A DNA stretch of 52,376 bases, taken from Clostridia bacterium (GTDB lineage: Bacteria; Bacillota; Sulfobacillia; RBS10-35; JADGHG01). Location: positions 1 through 52,376 of the forward strand of contig JADGHG010000003.1 of the NCBI GenBank assembly GCA_019689585.1. The letters run 5' to 3'. A model generated the notes under the pieces. The model had not been told where the DNA came from. It saw only the letters and a list, made by a program, of their open reading frames with translations, and made no database searches. Shown here piece after piece: positions 10,325 through 18,638 of this stretch. Made by a program: the position numbers and the translations under genes. Every line of letters starts with the position of its first letter. Position 1 is the stretch's first letter.

Positions 10325-10371
10325 TGCTCTCAGTTTCTTTTCACAGGCGTTTCATCTGGCCGGACTACGCT
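10316..10371 (+). promoter_or_regulatory. Four phased direct repeats (candidate OmpR-type binding site) plus -10 element
   Basis: TTCTCAT, CTCTCAG, TTTTCAC, GTTTCAT with TCA at 10319, 10330, 10341, 10352; TACGCT at 10366. Confidence 0.6.
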
Positions 10372-10399
10372 TGAGCAAAGGGGAGGAGGTGAATACACG

Positions 10400-10717
10400 G
10401 TGAAGTGGAGCAGGTGGGCAACAGCGCTCGCCGTGGTCGGCATTGTATCCCTCGCGGGGTTCGCCGGCGGCCGGCTGGCGTTCGCGGCGCAGTCTCCGGC
10501 TCCGTCGGTCGATGCTGCGTCCCATGCCCAGGGGGATACGGACAACGTCGAGCAGCAGGTCGGCGACCAGAGCGGTCCCGATGGTCAGCAGGACGGCGAG
10601 GAAGCGGGGAGCGCCGACGAGGCGAACGACGGTTCGGACGCGTCGGACGCCGCGGTCGGCGACGTCTCCGGCCAGGTCGTTGGTGCGGACGAGGCAGACC
10701 AGGGCGAGGGTCGCTGA
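10400..10717 (+). CDS. Small secreted acidic low-complexity protein
   Basis: Strong RBS GGAGGAGG, Sec signal ending AFA-A, mature part rich in D/E/Q/G. Confidence 0.75.
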   Translation: MKWSRWATALAVVGIVSLAGFAGGRLAFAAQSPAPSVDAASHAQGDTDNVEQQVGDQSGPDGQQDGEEAGSADEANDGSDASDAAVGDVSGQVVGADEADQGEGR

Positions 10718-10760
10718 CGCGGGCAGGCGCCTCTCTTCCCGAGAGGCGCCTGCGCGTTTC
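10717..10760 (+). terminator. Intrinsic terminator
   Basis: 13-bp perfect stem GCAGGCGCCTCTC / GAGAGGCGCCTGC (10723-10753) followed by a short T run. Confidence 0.7.
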
Positions 10761-10867
10761 CGCCGCGGGTCGCCGCACCCTGCGCAGCCTCAAGACCCGC
10801 GTCTTTCTCACCACGGTCTAATGAACGGCGGCGTACACCGCGCTAGCCTGGGACATGGAGTGACGCG

Positions 10868-12004
10868 ATGCGACGCGCTTCGACCGAGCGGAGACGCGCG
10901 GCGGCGATAGTGACACTCGCCGTGGGCCTCATTCTCGTGGCCTGCGCCCCCGTGTCGCAGCCGGCGACCTCGCCGCTTGCGAAGAGCGAGTACACGCTGA
11001 CCCCCTCCGAAGGCGTCGCCTCGGAGGCCTCCCCGTTCACGCTGGGCACGCCGTTCAGCCCCAGTGAACCGGCGCATCCGGGACCTTTGCCCGGCGACCT
11101 CCTCATCGCGGACCGCTTCAACCGGCGCCTAGTCATCGTCTCGCCGGCGAAGAAGATCCTGTGGGACTACACCTTCCCCGCCTCCGTGGACGGCGGTGTC
11201 GGCAAGCGCGGCCCCGACGACGCCTTCCTCACGCCCGGCGACAAGACGATCATCACGAACGAGGAAGACAATCACACGATCGAGGAGGTCGACCTCGCCA
11301 CCAAGAAGATCGTGTGGTCCTACGGGCATCCCGGCGTACCCGGAAGCAAGCCGGGATTCCTCAACACGCCGGACGACGCCTATCGGCTGCCGAACGGCTG
11401 GACCACCGTGGCCGACATCGGCAACTGCCGGATCCTCACGATCGCCCCCGACGGAACCGTCGTGAAGCAGTACGGTCGGACGCTGGTCTGCCGCCACGGT
11501 CCGCCGCGGACCTACGCGAGCCCGAACGGCGACACGCCTCTTCCCGACGGCGGCATGCTGGTCACGGAGATCGGCGGCAGCCACGCGATCCGCCTCGACG
11601 CCCAAGGGCGCGTCGTCTGGGATCTCAAGCTACCCATCCGCTACCCCTCGGACGCGCAACTCCTCCCGGATGGGAACGTGCTCGTCGTCTCCTACACGAG
11701 CCCCGGCACAGTCCTCAAGATCTCGCCCGAGGGGAAGGTGCTCTGGAAGTACGGACCCACAAGCGGCGAGGGCCGCCTGGACAAGCCCTCCCTGGCCATC
11801 GAACTGCCCAACGGCAACATCGCGGTCAACGACGACGCCAATCACCGCGTGGTCGTGATCGACCCGAGGACGAACGACATCGTCTGGCAGTTCGGGGTCA
11901 CCGGCGTCCCGGGGGACGACGCGACGCACCTGAACACCCCCGACGGCATGGACTTCGTCCCGTTCGCCGTCGGCGACGCCCTCTACTTCGCGAGCCACCA
12001 CTGA
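10868..12004 (+). CDS. Beta-propeller repeat lipoprotein (NHL/PQQ-like)
   Basis: Lipobox LVAC; repeated P-x-D-A-x-x-L-P-(N/D)-G blades and IVWxYG motifs. Confidence 0.7.
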   Translation: MRRASTERRRAAAIVTLAVGLILVACAPVSQPATSPLAKSEYTLTPSEGVASEASPFTLGTPFSPSEPAHPGPLPGDLLIADRFNRRLVIVSPAKKILWDYTFPASVDGGVGKRGPDDAFLTPGDKTIITNEEDNHTIEEVDLATKKIVWSYGHPGVPGSKPGFLNTPDDAYRLPNGWTTVADIGNCRILTIAPDGTVVKQYGRTLVCRHGPPRTYASPNGDTPLPDGGMLVTEIGGSHAIRLDAQGRVVWDLKLPIRYPSDAQLLPDGNVLVVSYTSPGTVLKISPEGKVLWKYGPTSGEGRLDKPSLAIELPNGNIAVNDDANHRVVVIDPRTNDIVWQFGVTGVPGDDATHLNTPDGMDFVPFAVGDALYFASHH

Positions 12005-12117
12005 TCCCCGGTCGCAGGCGCCCCGTCCGGGCTCGGGCAGCCGGCGGCAGGATCTCGGCGGCCGCGCCCCGAACCGCCCCGGCGTGCATCTTTCGTGACC
12101 CGAAAGGAGTCTGTGCC

Positions 12118-13914
12118 ATGGCGGAGCGCCCGCGGCGATCGCAGGTCCCCGTGGAGGAGACCTGGAACCTGCACGACATCTACCCGAGCGACGAGGCCTG
12201 GGAGGCGGACCTCGCCCGAGTGCCCGAGGCGGCCGCGGCGGTCCGCGCGTACCAGGGCCACCTGCACGAGGGCGGCGCCACGCTCCTCGCCTGCCTTCGC
12301 GCGCGCGACGCCTTCCTCGAGCTGGCCGCGAAGGTGGGAGCATACGCGCGCCTTCACCAGTCGGCGGACGGGACCGACCCGAACAACCAGTCGATGAGCG
12401 AACGGGCGGGGTCGGCGCTCGCCCGGGCCGAGGCGGAGGTGGCCTTCCTCACACCCGAGCTCCTCGCGCTCCCCGAAGGCACGATCGAGCGCTACCTGCG
12501 AGAGGAGCCCGGCCTCTCCACCTACCGGCGCCAGCTCGAGCGCGTCGCGCGCCGGCGGCCGCACACGCTGGGCGCGGAGGCCGAGGAGGCGATCGCCTCG
12601 CTGGGCGAGGCGCTCGCCGCGCCGTCTGCGATCTACCAGCGCGCGACGTCGGCCGACCTGGACTTCCCAAGCGTCCGCGACGCGCGCGGCGAGGAGGTCG
12701 CCGTCTCGCTCGCGGGGGCCCAGCGGCTCCTCGCCTCGACCGATCGCGACCTCCGCCGCCGCGTGCACGAGGCTCTCGGCGCGGGGCTGCGCCGTCACCA
12801 CCACACGCTGGCCACGGCGCTCGCGTCGGTCGTGAAGCGCAACGTGACCATGGCGCGGCTTCGCCGCTTCGCCTCGGCCGAGCAGATGATCCTCCACGGC
12901 CAGGAGGTGCCGTACGAGGTCTACACGAACGTCCTCGACGTCATCCACGACGAGATCGCGCCTCACGTGCGGCGGCTGATGAGGCTCCGGAAGCGCGTCC
13001 TCGGGCTCGACGAGCTGCGCAGCTACGACCTCGCCGTGCCGCTCGACCCCGGGTTCGACCCGCAGTACACGTGGGAGGACGCGGAGCGCCTCATCCGCGA
13101 AGGCCTGGCGCCGCTCGGGGAGGAGTACGGCGAGATCCTGCGCAGGGCCTTCCACGAGCGCTGGGTCGACCGGGCGGACAACGTCGGCAAACCGCACGGC
13201 GCCTTCTGCAGCAGCGTCTACGGGGTGCACCCGTACATCCTCATGACCTGGACCGGGAGGCTGCGCAACGTCTTCACGCTCGCCCACGAGCTCGGCCACG
13301 CCGCGCACGGGATGCTCGCCGCCCGCAACCAGGTGGTGAGCAACGTCTGGACGACGCTCTTCTTCGTCGAGGCGCCGTCCACGTGCAACGAAGTGTTCCT
13401 GGGCACGCACCTCCTCGCGACCGCGCGCGATCCGCGCCTGCGGCGCCACGTGATCCAGCAGTTCATGGGGACGTTCCTCCACAACATGGTGACCCACCTC
13501 CTGCAGGGGCACCTCGAGCGGCGGCTCTACCGGCTCGCCGAGGCCGGAAGGCCGCTCACGCTGGCGACGATCACCGAGGCCCAGGCCGAGGTCTACGAGC
13601 GCTTCTACCAGGGCACGGTGGTCTTCGACGAGGTCGACCACCTCGACTGGATGACGGTGCCCCACTACTACCGCGGGCTCTACCCGTACACGTACGCGGC
13701 CGGGCTCACCTGCGGCGTCGCGGTCGCACGGGCGGCGCAGCGCGAGGGGCGGCCGGCCGTGGAGCGGTGGCTCGAGGCGCTCAAAGCCGGCGGGACGCTT
13801 CCGCCGCTCGAGCTCATGACGACGGCCGGCGTCGACATGACGACGCCGGCGCCCATGCGGGAGGCGGTCGCGTTCTTCGGGGAGCTCGTCGCGGAGCTCG
13901 AGAAGAGCTTCTGA
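12118..13914 (+). CDS. pepF: Oligoendopeptidase F (M3B)
   Basis: N-terminal RSQVPVEETWNL, zinc motif HELGH, EAPSTCNE, HYY near the C-terminus. Confidence 0.92.
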   Translation: MAERPRRSQVPVEETWNLHDIYPSDEAWEADLARVPEAAAAVRAYQGHLHEGGATLLACLRARDAFLELAAKVGAYARLHQSADGTDPNNQSMSERAGSALARAEAEVAFLTPELLALPEGTIERYLREEPGLSTYRRQLERVARRRPHTLGAEAEEAIASLGEALAAPSAIYQRATSADLDFPSVRDARGEEVAVSLAGAQRLLASTDRDLRRRVHEALGAGLRRHHHTLATALASVVKRNVTMARLRRFASAEQMILHGQEVPYEVYTNVLDVIHDEIAPHVRRLMRLRKRVLGLDELRSYDLAVPLDPGFDPQYTWEDAERLIREGLAPLGEEYGEILRRAFHERWVDRADNVGKPHGAFCSSVYGVHPYILMTWTGRLRNVFTLAHELGHAAHGMLAARNQVVSNVWTTLFFVEAPSTCNEVFLGTHLLATARDPRLRRHVIQQFMGTFLHNMVTHLLQGHLERRLYRLAEAGRPLTLATITEAQAEVYERFYQGTVVFDEVDHLDWMTVPHYYRGLYPYTYAAGLTCGVAVARAAQREGRPAVERWLEALKAGGTLPPLELMTTAGVDMTTPAPMREAVAFFGELVAELEKSF

Positions 13915-14112
13915 TGGGACTGCCGGATGTCCCGGCACGTCAAGCACGGCGGGTCAAACGCGCCCTTGGAGCGCTCCGGACCCTCCCTGCTATACGTTGC
14001 CTCACCTCTTTCGCGACCGTCGCGTGCGGCGTTGCGCATCCGTACAGCGCAGCCCCGAGTGCGCGGCCATCCGAGCGGCGGGCCGCCCACGTCGGGTTGC
14101 CAGAATGTCGTC

Positions 14113-14586
14113 CTACTGCGCGTACCACAAGTTCCATCGGTCACGTTCCTTCGTGACAAACATCTCCTCACCCATCAGGCTGTTGCTGGGGGCGGCGTTC
14201 GGATATTGCACGAACACGACCCACGTGCTGTGTGCGACGTCGGCTCCACACCATGTAACGACAAATTGCCCCCAAACGCCCGCCTCTCCGGCCTGCTCCA
14301 GCCGAACGACCTTGAACGTGTTAAACATCGATTCGGAGGAAACGAACTCCGATTCGAGCTCCCGGACAGCTGCAATCGCCTTCGGCAATTGTCGAGCAAT
14401 CTCGTCATGGTCCCTGCTTCCGGTCGTCGCAAGCCGATCCGCCCGGGGACACGCATCCCACGGCTCAATGCCTGGTGTATACGTGACAACGAGGGGAAGA
14501 TCGCCCTGCGAAACGAGGCCCTGGCAAGCGCCGAGGAGTCCGGCTGCACCTATGGCCGCCACGGCGGCCGCTACCCGCCACCGCAC
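14113..14586 (-). CDS. Hypothetical lipoprotein
   Basis: Lipobox LLGAC after a hydrophobic stretch; purine-rich RBS; last gene of the lower-GC operon. Confidence 0.65.
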   Translation of the reverse strand: MRWRVAAAVAAIGAAGLLGACQGLVSQGDLPLVVTYTPGIEPWDACPRADRLATTGSRDHDEIARQLPKAIAAVRELESEFVSSESMFNTFKVVRLEQAGEAGVWGQFVVTWCGADVAHSTWVVFVQYPNAAPSNSLMGEEMFVTKERDRWNLWYAQ

Positions 14587-14643
14587 CGGGTGTCATCCCC
14601 TTCCACCCACCACAACATGTACGTAGCCCTTCAGATATGAGGA

Positions 14644-15243
14644 CTAAAGATCTGGCGCATAGTCGACTATCTCACTCGAGAGAATTTCTTTCCACCGTGC
14701 TACTTCCTTCACACGTATCTCTGCCTGCCGAATCAGATCAGCTGTCACCTTCCTTCGCGCACGGTATTTCAGAATCCCGGGCCCAAGCGCAATCGCAGTA
14801 AGCCCAAGGGCGGCCGGGTGTGACAATGAGCCAGTAGGATGGAACGCTGTTCCAACCACTGCTGCTATGCTGCAAGCAAGTATAAAAAGGCTTCGCGCCA
14901 GTGTTCGTAAGGTAACGGTGTCATCGGCAGAACCACTGCAACCGCATGGTACAGGGGTCCCTCTTCTCAAGACCATCGACGTTGCCACAACGAAACAAAT
15001 TGCAAGGGCTATTCCGAGCATCGGGCCGACCACACTTGAGCCTGCGAAAAGAATGACGAGTCCTACCAACATCTCAAACCAAGGCAATGCGAGCCCGATT
15101 GGCCGCGTGAAGCTAGCCGGCAGGATTCCGTAAGCGGACACAACTGACCGAGACGACGGATAGTCCGCCAACTTCATCCCGGCCGAACACACAAACATCG
15201 TCCCCAGCCAAGCACGGATGATCGACAAGAGGTCAATATTCAC
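14644..15243 (-). CDS. MauE/DoxX family membrane protein
   Basis: R-x-x-LGTMF...K, LPWFEMLVG and the CGC motif (VPCGCSG) typical of MauE; 4-5 TMs; start approximate. Confidence 0.8.
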   Translation of the reverse strand: MNIDLLSIIRAWLGTMFVCSAGMKLADYPSSRSVVSAYGILPASFTRPIGLALPWFEMLVGLVILFAGSSVVGPMLGIALAICFVVATSMVLRRGTPVPCGCSGSADDTVTLRTLARSLFILACSIAAVVGTAFHPTGSLSHPAALGLTAIALGPGILKYRARRKVTADLIRQAEIRVKEVARWKEILSSEIVDYAPDL

Positions 15244-15253
15244 AACCAACGAC

Positions 15254-15868
15254 CTACCTCTTGACCCACAATTTCGTGACACGAAAGCCACCATCCGGTA
15301 ATCTCAGCCCGACTGTACCTACAGTCATGCCCGGAACAAGTGCTGTGCGCCCGCCCTGCAGAGGGATATCGCCTTCACCCACGACCTCGAGCACCGGAGA
15401 CAGCTCAACCTTAACCGGTCCTCGCCTCGTCATCAAGTTCAGGTGGTCGGAGCCGACATGCTCGATAACCCCGTCACGACGGCCGATGTTGACCCACACC
15501 CACTGACTCCGGGCGCGGAGGCTGCCGTCTGGTAACGGCGTTCCCCGCACGTCAAGCCAGTCACCGATTTGAACTACCTGGTGGTTTCGAAAGACCTCCT
15601 TCCACACCACGGTGTCGGGCTGAAATCGAACAGCTCGAACGCCTGCACCGGACTCGAGGATGACTCCGGTTTCCGTGCGGTCTACAACACGTCCTGACGC
15701 AAACCCCGGGTCTGGGCCCACAACCTGATCCACAGTGGGTCGAAGTGCAGTCCGTCGCGGTGGGTGGGTGCCGATCGCCTGTAAGACCCCTGGGTACAGA
15801 AAGTCGACTACAAGAACGAGGGCTCCCCCCAGGATCGTCAGAAACGAACGACGGCTGATAGGCTCCAT
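15254..15868 (-). CDS. Tat-signal protein with two beta-rich (OB-like/DUF5666-like) repeats
   Basis: SRRSFL twin-arginine motif followed by a hydrophobic core; repeats GRVV..VQIGDWLDVRGTPLPDG and GVIE..LVPGMTVGTVGLRLPDG. Confidence 0.7.
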   Translation of the reverse strand: MEPISRRSFLTILGGALVLVVDFLYPGVLQAIGTHPPRRTALRPTVDQVVGPDPGFASGRVVDRTETGVILESGAGVRAVRFQPDTVVWKEVFRNHQVVQIGDWLDVRGTPLPDGSLRARSQWVWVNIGRRDGVIEHVGSDHLNLMTRRGPVKVELSPVLEVVGEGDIPLQGGRTALVPGMTVGTVGLRLPDGGFRVTKLWVKR

Positions 15869-15900
15869 GCCAGCGCCTCCGTGTTGGCAACCGCTCCAGT

Positions 15901-16302
15901 CTAGCAGCACAGCTGTGTAGGCTTAGTCGCAGCGTTCATATTGGTTATTCGCCCTTGGTGCAGGGGAGCAAAGACGGTAAACATAGCCTTCGTGAAATCT
16001 ACCATCGCCGTGCTACTGGGGCCGGTGTCCACCCGCACGGCGGCGACCCAGTTCACACAATCGGTGGTGAACACCATTTGGTCTCCACAACTTGGACACA
16101 ACCCGCAGGATTTCGCCTGTCCGCACTCCCATGCGAACCCGCGGTTTCCGGAGTTGCATGTGCAGCACGCCCCGACTCCACATGCGTTCCCTTCGCCACA
16201 TGGCGTTGAGCAGTCACTCCCCTGGCAACAGCACGCGTCGCAGTCGCAAGTATCCGGGTAGCAGCAGAACCACGTTGCGTCGCCGCAGCACGGCTCGCTC
16301 AT
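15901..16302 (-). CDS. Cys-rich (22 of 133 aa) RlpA-like double-psi beta-barrel protein
   Basis: RBS GAGGAGG; GDATWF, CG, VRVDTGP and VDFTKAMFTVFAP..G resemble DPBB motifs; no signal peptide. Confidence 0.7.
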   Translation of the reverse strand: MSEPCCGDATWFCCYPDTCDCDACCCQGSDCSTPCGEGNACGVGACCTCNSGNRGFAWECGQAKSCGLCPSCGDQMVFTTDCVNWVAAVRVDTGPSSTAMVDFTKAMFTVFAPLHQGRITNMNAATKPTQLCC

Positions 16303-16346
16303 GTTTCCCCTCCTCGCCCGTTCCGTCCCGCATGATAGCCGCTACT

Positions 16347-16375
16347 ACCATACACTGCCGGGCCAAGAATTGCAA
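16347..16375 (-). promoter_or_regulatory. Sigma-A-type promoter of the Cys-rich operon
   Basis: TTGCAA-17 nt-TATGGT on the minus strand, 45 nt upstream of the ATG. Confidence 0.55.
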
Positions 16376-16675
16376 CCCGGATAGGAACAGGTGTCGTAAA
16401 CGGCAGCCAAGGCTCGCCACGCTACGGCGACATGCCGGAGCATCAGTGGACCTGAGAGCTCGCGTCCGGCGACCCGGTCGAGTACGCCGCCCGGAGCAGT
16501 TCGATGGCGGAGGGATGCGCCCCGCCAACCACAGGACGGGGCGAGCAGCTTGCCGACATGCCGGGGGCTTCGCCGCCCGTCGCGGTCATGCCCCCGTCTC
16601 CGAAAACCGGCTCGCCGGTGCCCAAGCGGCGAGCCCGGCCGGGCGACGATGATCCCGCTCCCGCATCGCAGTCCG

Positions 16676-18514
16676 TCAGCCGCCCGGGTGGCGGCCGGGG
16701 CGATCGTCCTCGCCGCCGCCAGCGCCTCGGGAACCCATGCCGCCACCGGGCGCCGGAGGAGCGAGCTCCCTCGCCGGTGCGGAGGGCTGCATCGCGGGCG
16801 TAGGCGACCGCATGACGGGCGCGGAAGGCCGCACGGCCGACGCCGCCTCCGCACCCGCGCGCCTGGGCTCGGTCTCCTGGTCAGTCTCGCGGTAGAACTC
16901 GTCACGCCGGAGCGGGACCTCCGGCAGGAGGAGGACGCCGAGGAGCGCGACGGCCGCGAAGGCGAGCGCGGTCCAGAAGATCCCGCTCATGGAGGCGGCG
17001 AGCGTCTCGCGCACCGCGTGGATGAAGCCTTGGTAGAGTGCTTCGCCGTGCGGCCCGAAGGCGGCGAACCGGGCGTGCACGGCCGCCTGCCCCTGGGCGC
17101 TCACGAGCCCCTGCGGGTCGCGGAAGGCCTGGGCCTGGGCGGGCGGCATCTTGGCGAGGAGCGCCTTCAGCTCCGCGGGGAGGTGGCGGGGCAGCTCAGC
17201 CGCGAAGCGGTTCGCGAGCACCGTCCCGAGGATCGGCGCCGCGACGGCGCCTCCCAGCGAGTTCGCCGCCTGCTGGGTCGCGTTGACCGTCCCGAGCATG
17301 CGGTAGGGGAACGCGTTCTGGATCACGGTGCCCATCACGGGCATGAGGCTCCCGATGCCGAGCCCGAGGACGACCATGTCGCGCACGACCGTGAGCTGCG
17401 CCGTCCTGGCGTCGAGCCGGGTGAGGAGGTAGGCTCCGGCGACGAGGAGACACCCGCCCGCGACCGTGAGCGCCTTGTAGCGGCCCGTGCGGGACATCAC
17501 CTGGCCGGCCACGATGCTGGCCGCGATGAAGGAGAGCATCATCGGCGTGAGGATGTAGCCGGCGCTCTCGGCCGAGATGCCGAGCGCCCCCTGCACGAAG
17601 AGCGGCAGGAAGAGCATGGCGCCGAACATCGTCATGGAGACGGCGAGGCTGATCACCATCACGGACGAGAAGATCGGGTTCGCGAAGATCCGCATGTCGA
17701 TGACGGGCTCCGGCGCGCGCCGCTCGTTCCACACGAAGAGCGCGAGCATGAGGGCGGAGCCGGAGAAGAGCCCGATCACGCGCCAGTCGCTCCACGCGTA
17801 GGTCGTCCCGCCCCAGGTGACGCCGAGGAGCATCGGCACGAGCGCGGCGACGAGGAGCAGGCTGCCGAGGAAGTCTACGTGGCGGCGCGTCTCGGTGCGG
17901 ACCGTGGGAAGCGCGTAGACGACCATGGCGAGCGCCAGGGCGGCAACGGGCATGTTGACGTAGAAGACCCACCGCCAGCCCAGGTGGTCCGTGATCCAGC
18001 CGCCCACCCCGGGCCCGATGATCGTGGCGAGCCCGAACACGCCCATCGTGAGCCCGATCCAGCGCCCGCGTTCGCGCGGGTTGAAGATGTCGCCGATCGT
18101 CGCGCGCGGCATGCTCATCATGGCGCCGCCGCCCACGCCCTGGACGAGGCGCGCGGCGACGAGCATCGCCATCGAGTGGGCGCGCCCGGCCAGCGCCGCG
18201 CCGAGGAGGAAGACGAGGAGGCCGAAGACGTAGAACGGCTTCCGCCCGTACATGTCGGACAGCTTGCCGTAGAGCGGGATCGTCACGGAAGAGGCGAGGA
18301 TGTAGGCCGTGAACGCCCAGGCGTAGAGGTTGAAGCCCTGGAGTGCGCTGATGATCGTCGGCATGGCGGTCGAGACGGTCGTCTGGTTGAGGGACGAGAA
18401 GAACATGCAGATCATGACCGCGGCCAGCGCCCACCAGCGGCGCTCGCCCGTGATCCGGTTCGTCGTCTGCACCTGCGACCGGCGGGGACCGCGGTTCGAG
18501 CCAGCGCGCGCCAT
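16676..18514 (-). CDS. DHA2 (EmrB/QacA) family MFS drug transporter
   Basis: GKLSDMYGRK motif A, WRWVFYVN, about 14 TMs; start approximate. Confidence 0.88.
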   Translation of the reverse strand: MARAGSNRGPRRSQVQTTNRITGERRWWALAAVMICMFFSSLNQTTVSTAMPTIISALQGFNLYAWAFTAYILASSVTIPLYGKLSDMYGRKPFYVFGLLVFLLGAALAGRAHSMAMLVAARLVQGVGGGAMMSMPRATIGDIFNPRERGRWIGLTMGVFGLATIIGPGVGGWITDHLGWRWVFYVNMPVAALALAMVVYALPTVRTETRRHVDFLGSLLLVAALVPMLLGVTWGGTTYAWSDWRVIGLFSGSALMLALFVWNERRAPEPVIDMRIFANPIFSSVMVISLAVSMTMFGAMLFLPLFVQGALGISAESAGYILTPMMLSFIAASIVAGQVMSRTGRYKALTVAGGCLLVAGAYLLTRLDARTAQLTVVRDMVVLGLGIGSLMPVMGTVIQNAFPYRMLGTVNATQQAANSLGGAVAAPILGTVLANRFAAELPRHLPAELKALLAKMPPAQAQAFRDPQGLVSAQGQAAVHARFAAFGPHGEALYQGFIHAVRETLAASMSGIFWTALAFAAVALLGVLLLPEVPLRRDEFYRETDQETEPRRAGAEAASAVRPSAPVMRSPTPAMQPSAPARELAPPAPGGGMGSRGAGGGEDDRPGRHPGG

Positions 18515-18638
18515 GCGACTGATTCTACGCGCGAAGGGCCCTCCGGGCAACGATCGCGTCAGCCCGCGCCGCGGCGGCGGCTGCGGCGCGGCCGGCGGGC
18601 GTCCCGGGCCTCGGCCGACGGCGCGCGGGGGCGAAGCG

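Noticed and set aside
15901-16302. Radical-SAM RiPP (ranthipeptide/sactipeptide) precursor or plain metallothionein
   Set aside because: No radical SAM or other modifying enzyme in the island, and the C-terminal half looks like a folded DPBB domain; metal binding is not excluded
14644-16302. Methylamine dehydrogenase cluster
   Set aside because: No large subunit, MauD or MauG, and the Cys-rich protein lacks a Tat signal and recognisable MauA motifs
13915-16675. att sites or integrase for the Cys-rich island; plus-strand ORFs 13927-14640 and 13997-14626
   Set aside because: No flanking direct repeats, tRNA or recombinase found by eye; the plus-strand ORFs are antisense to the lipoprotein gene and lack motifs
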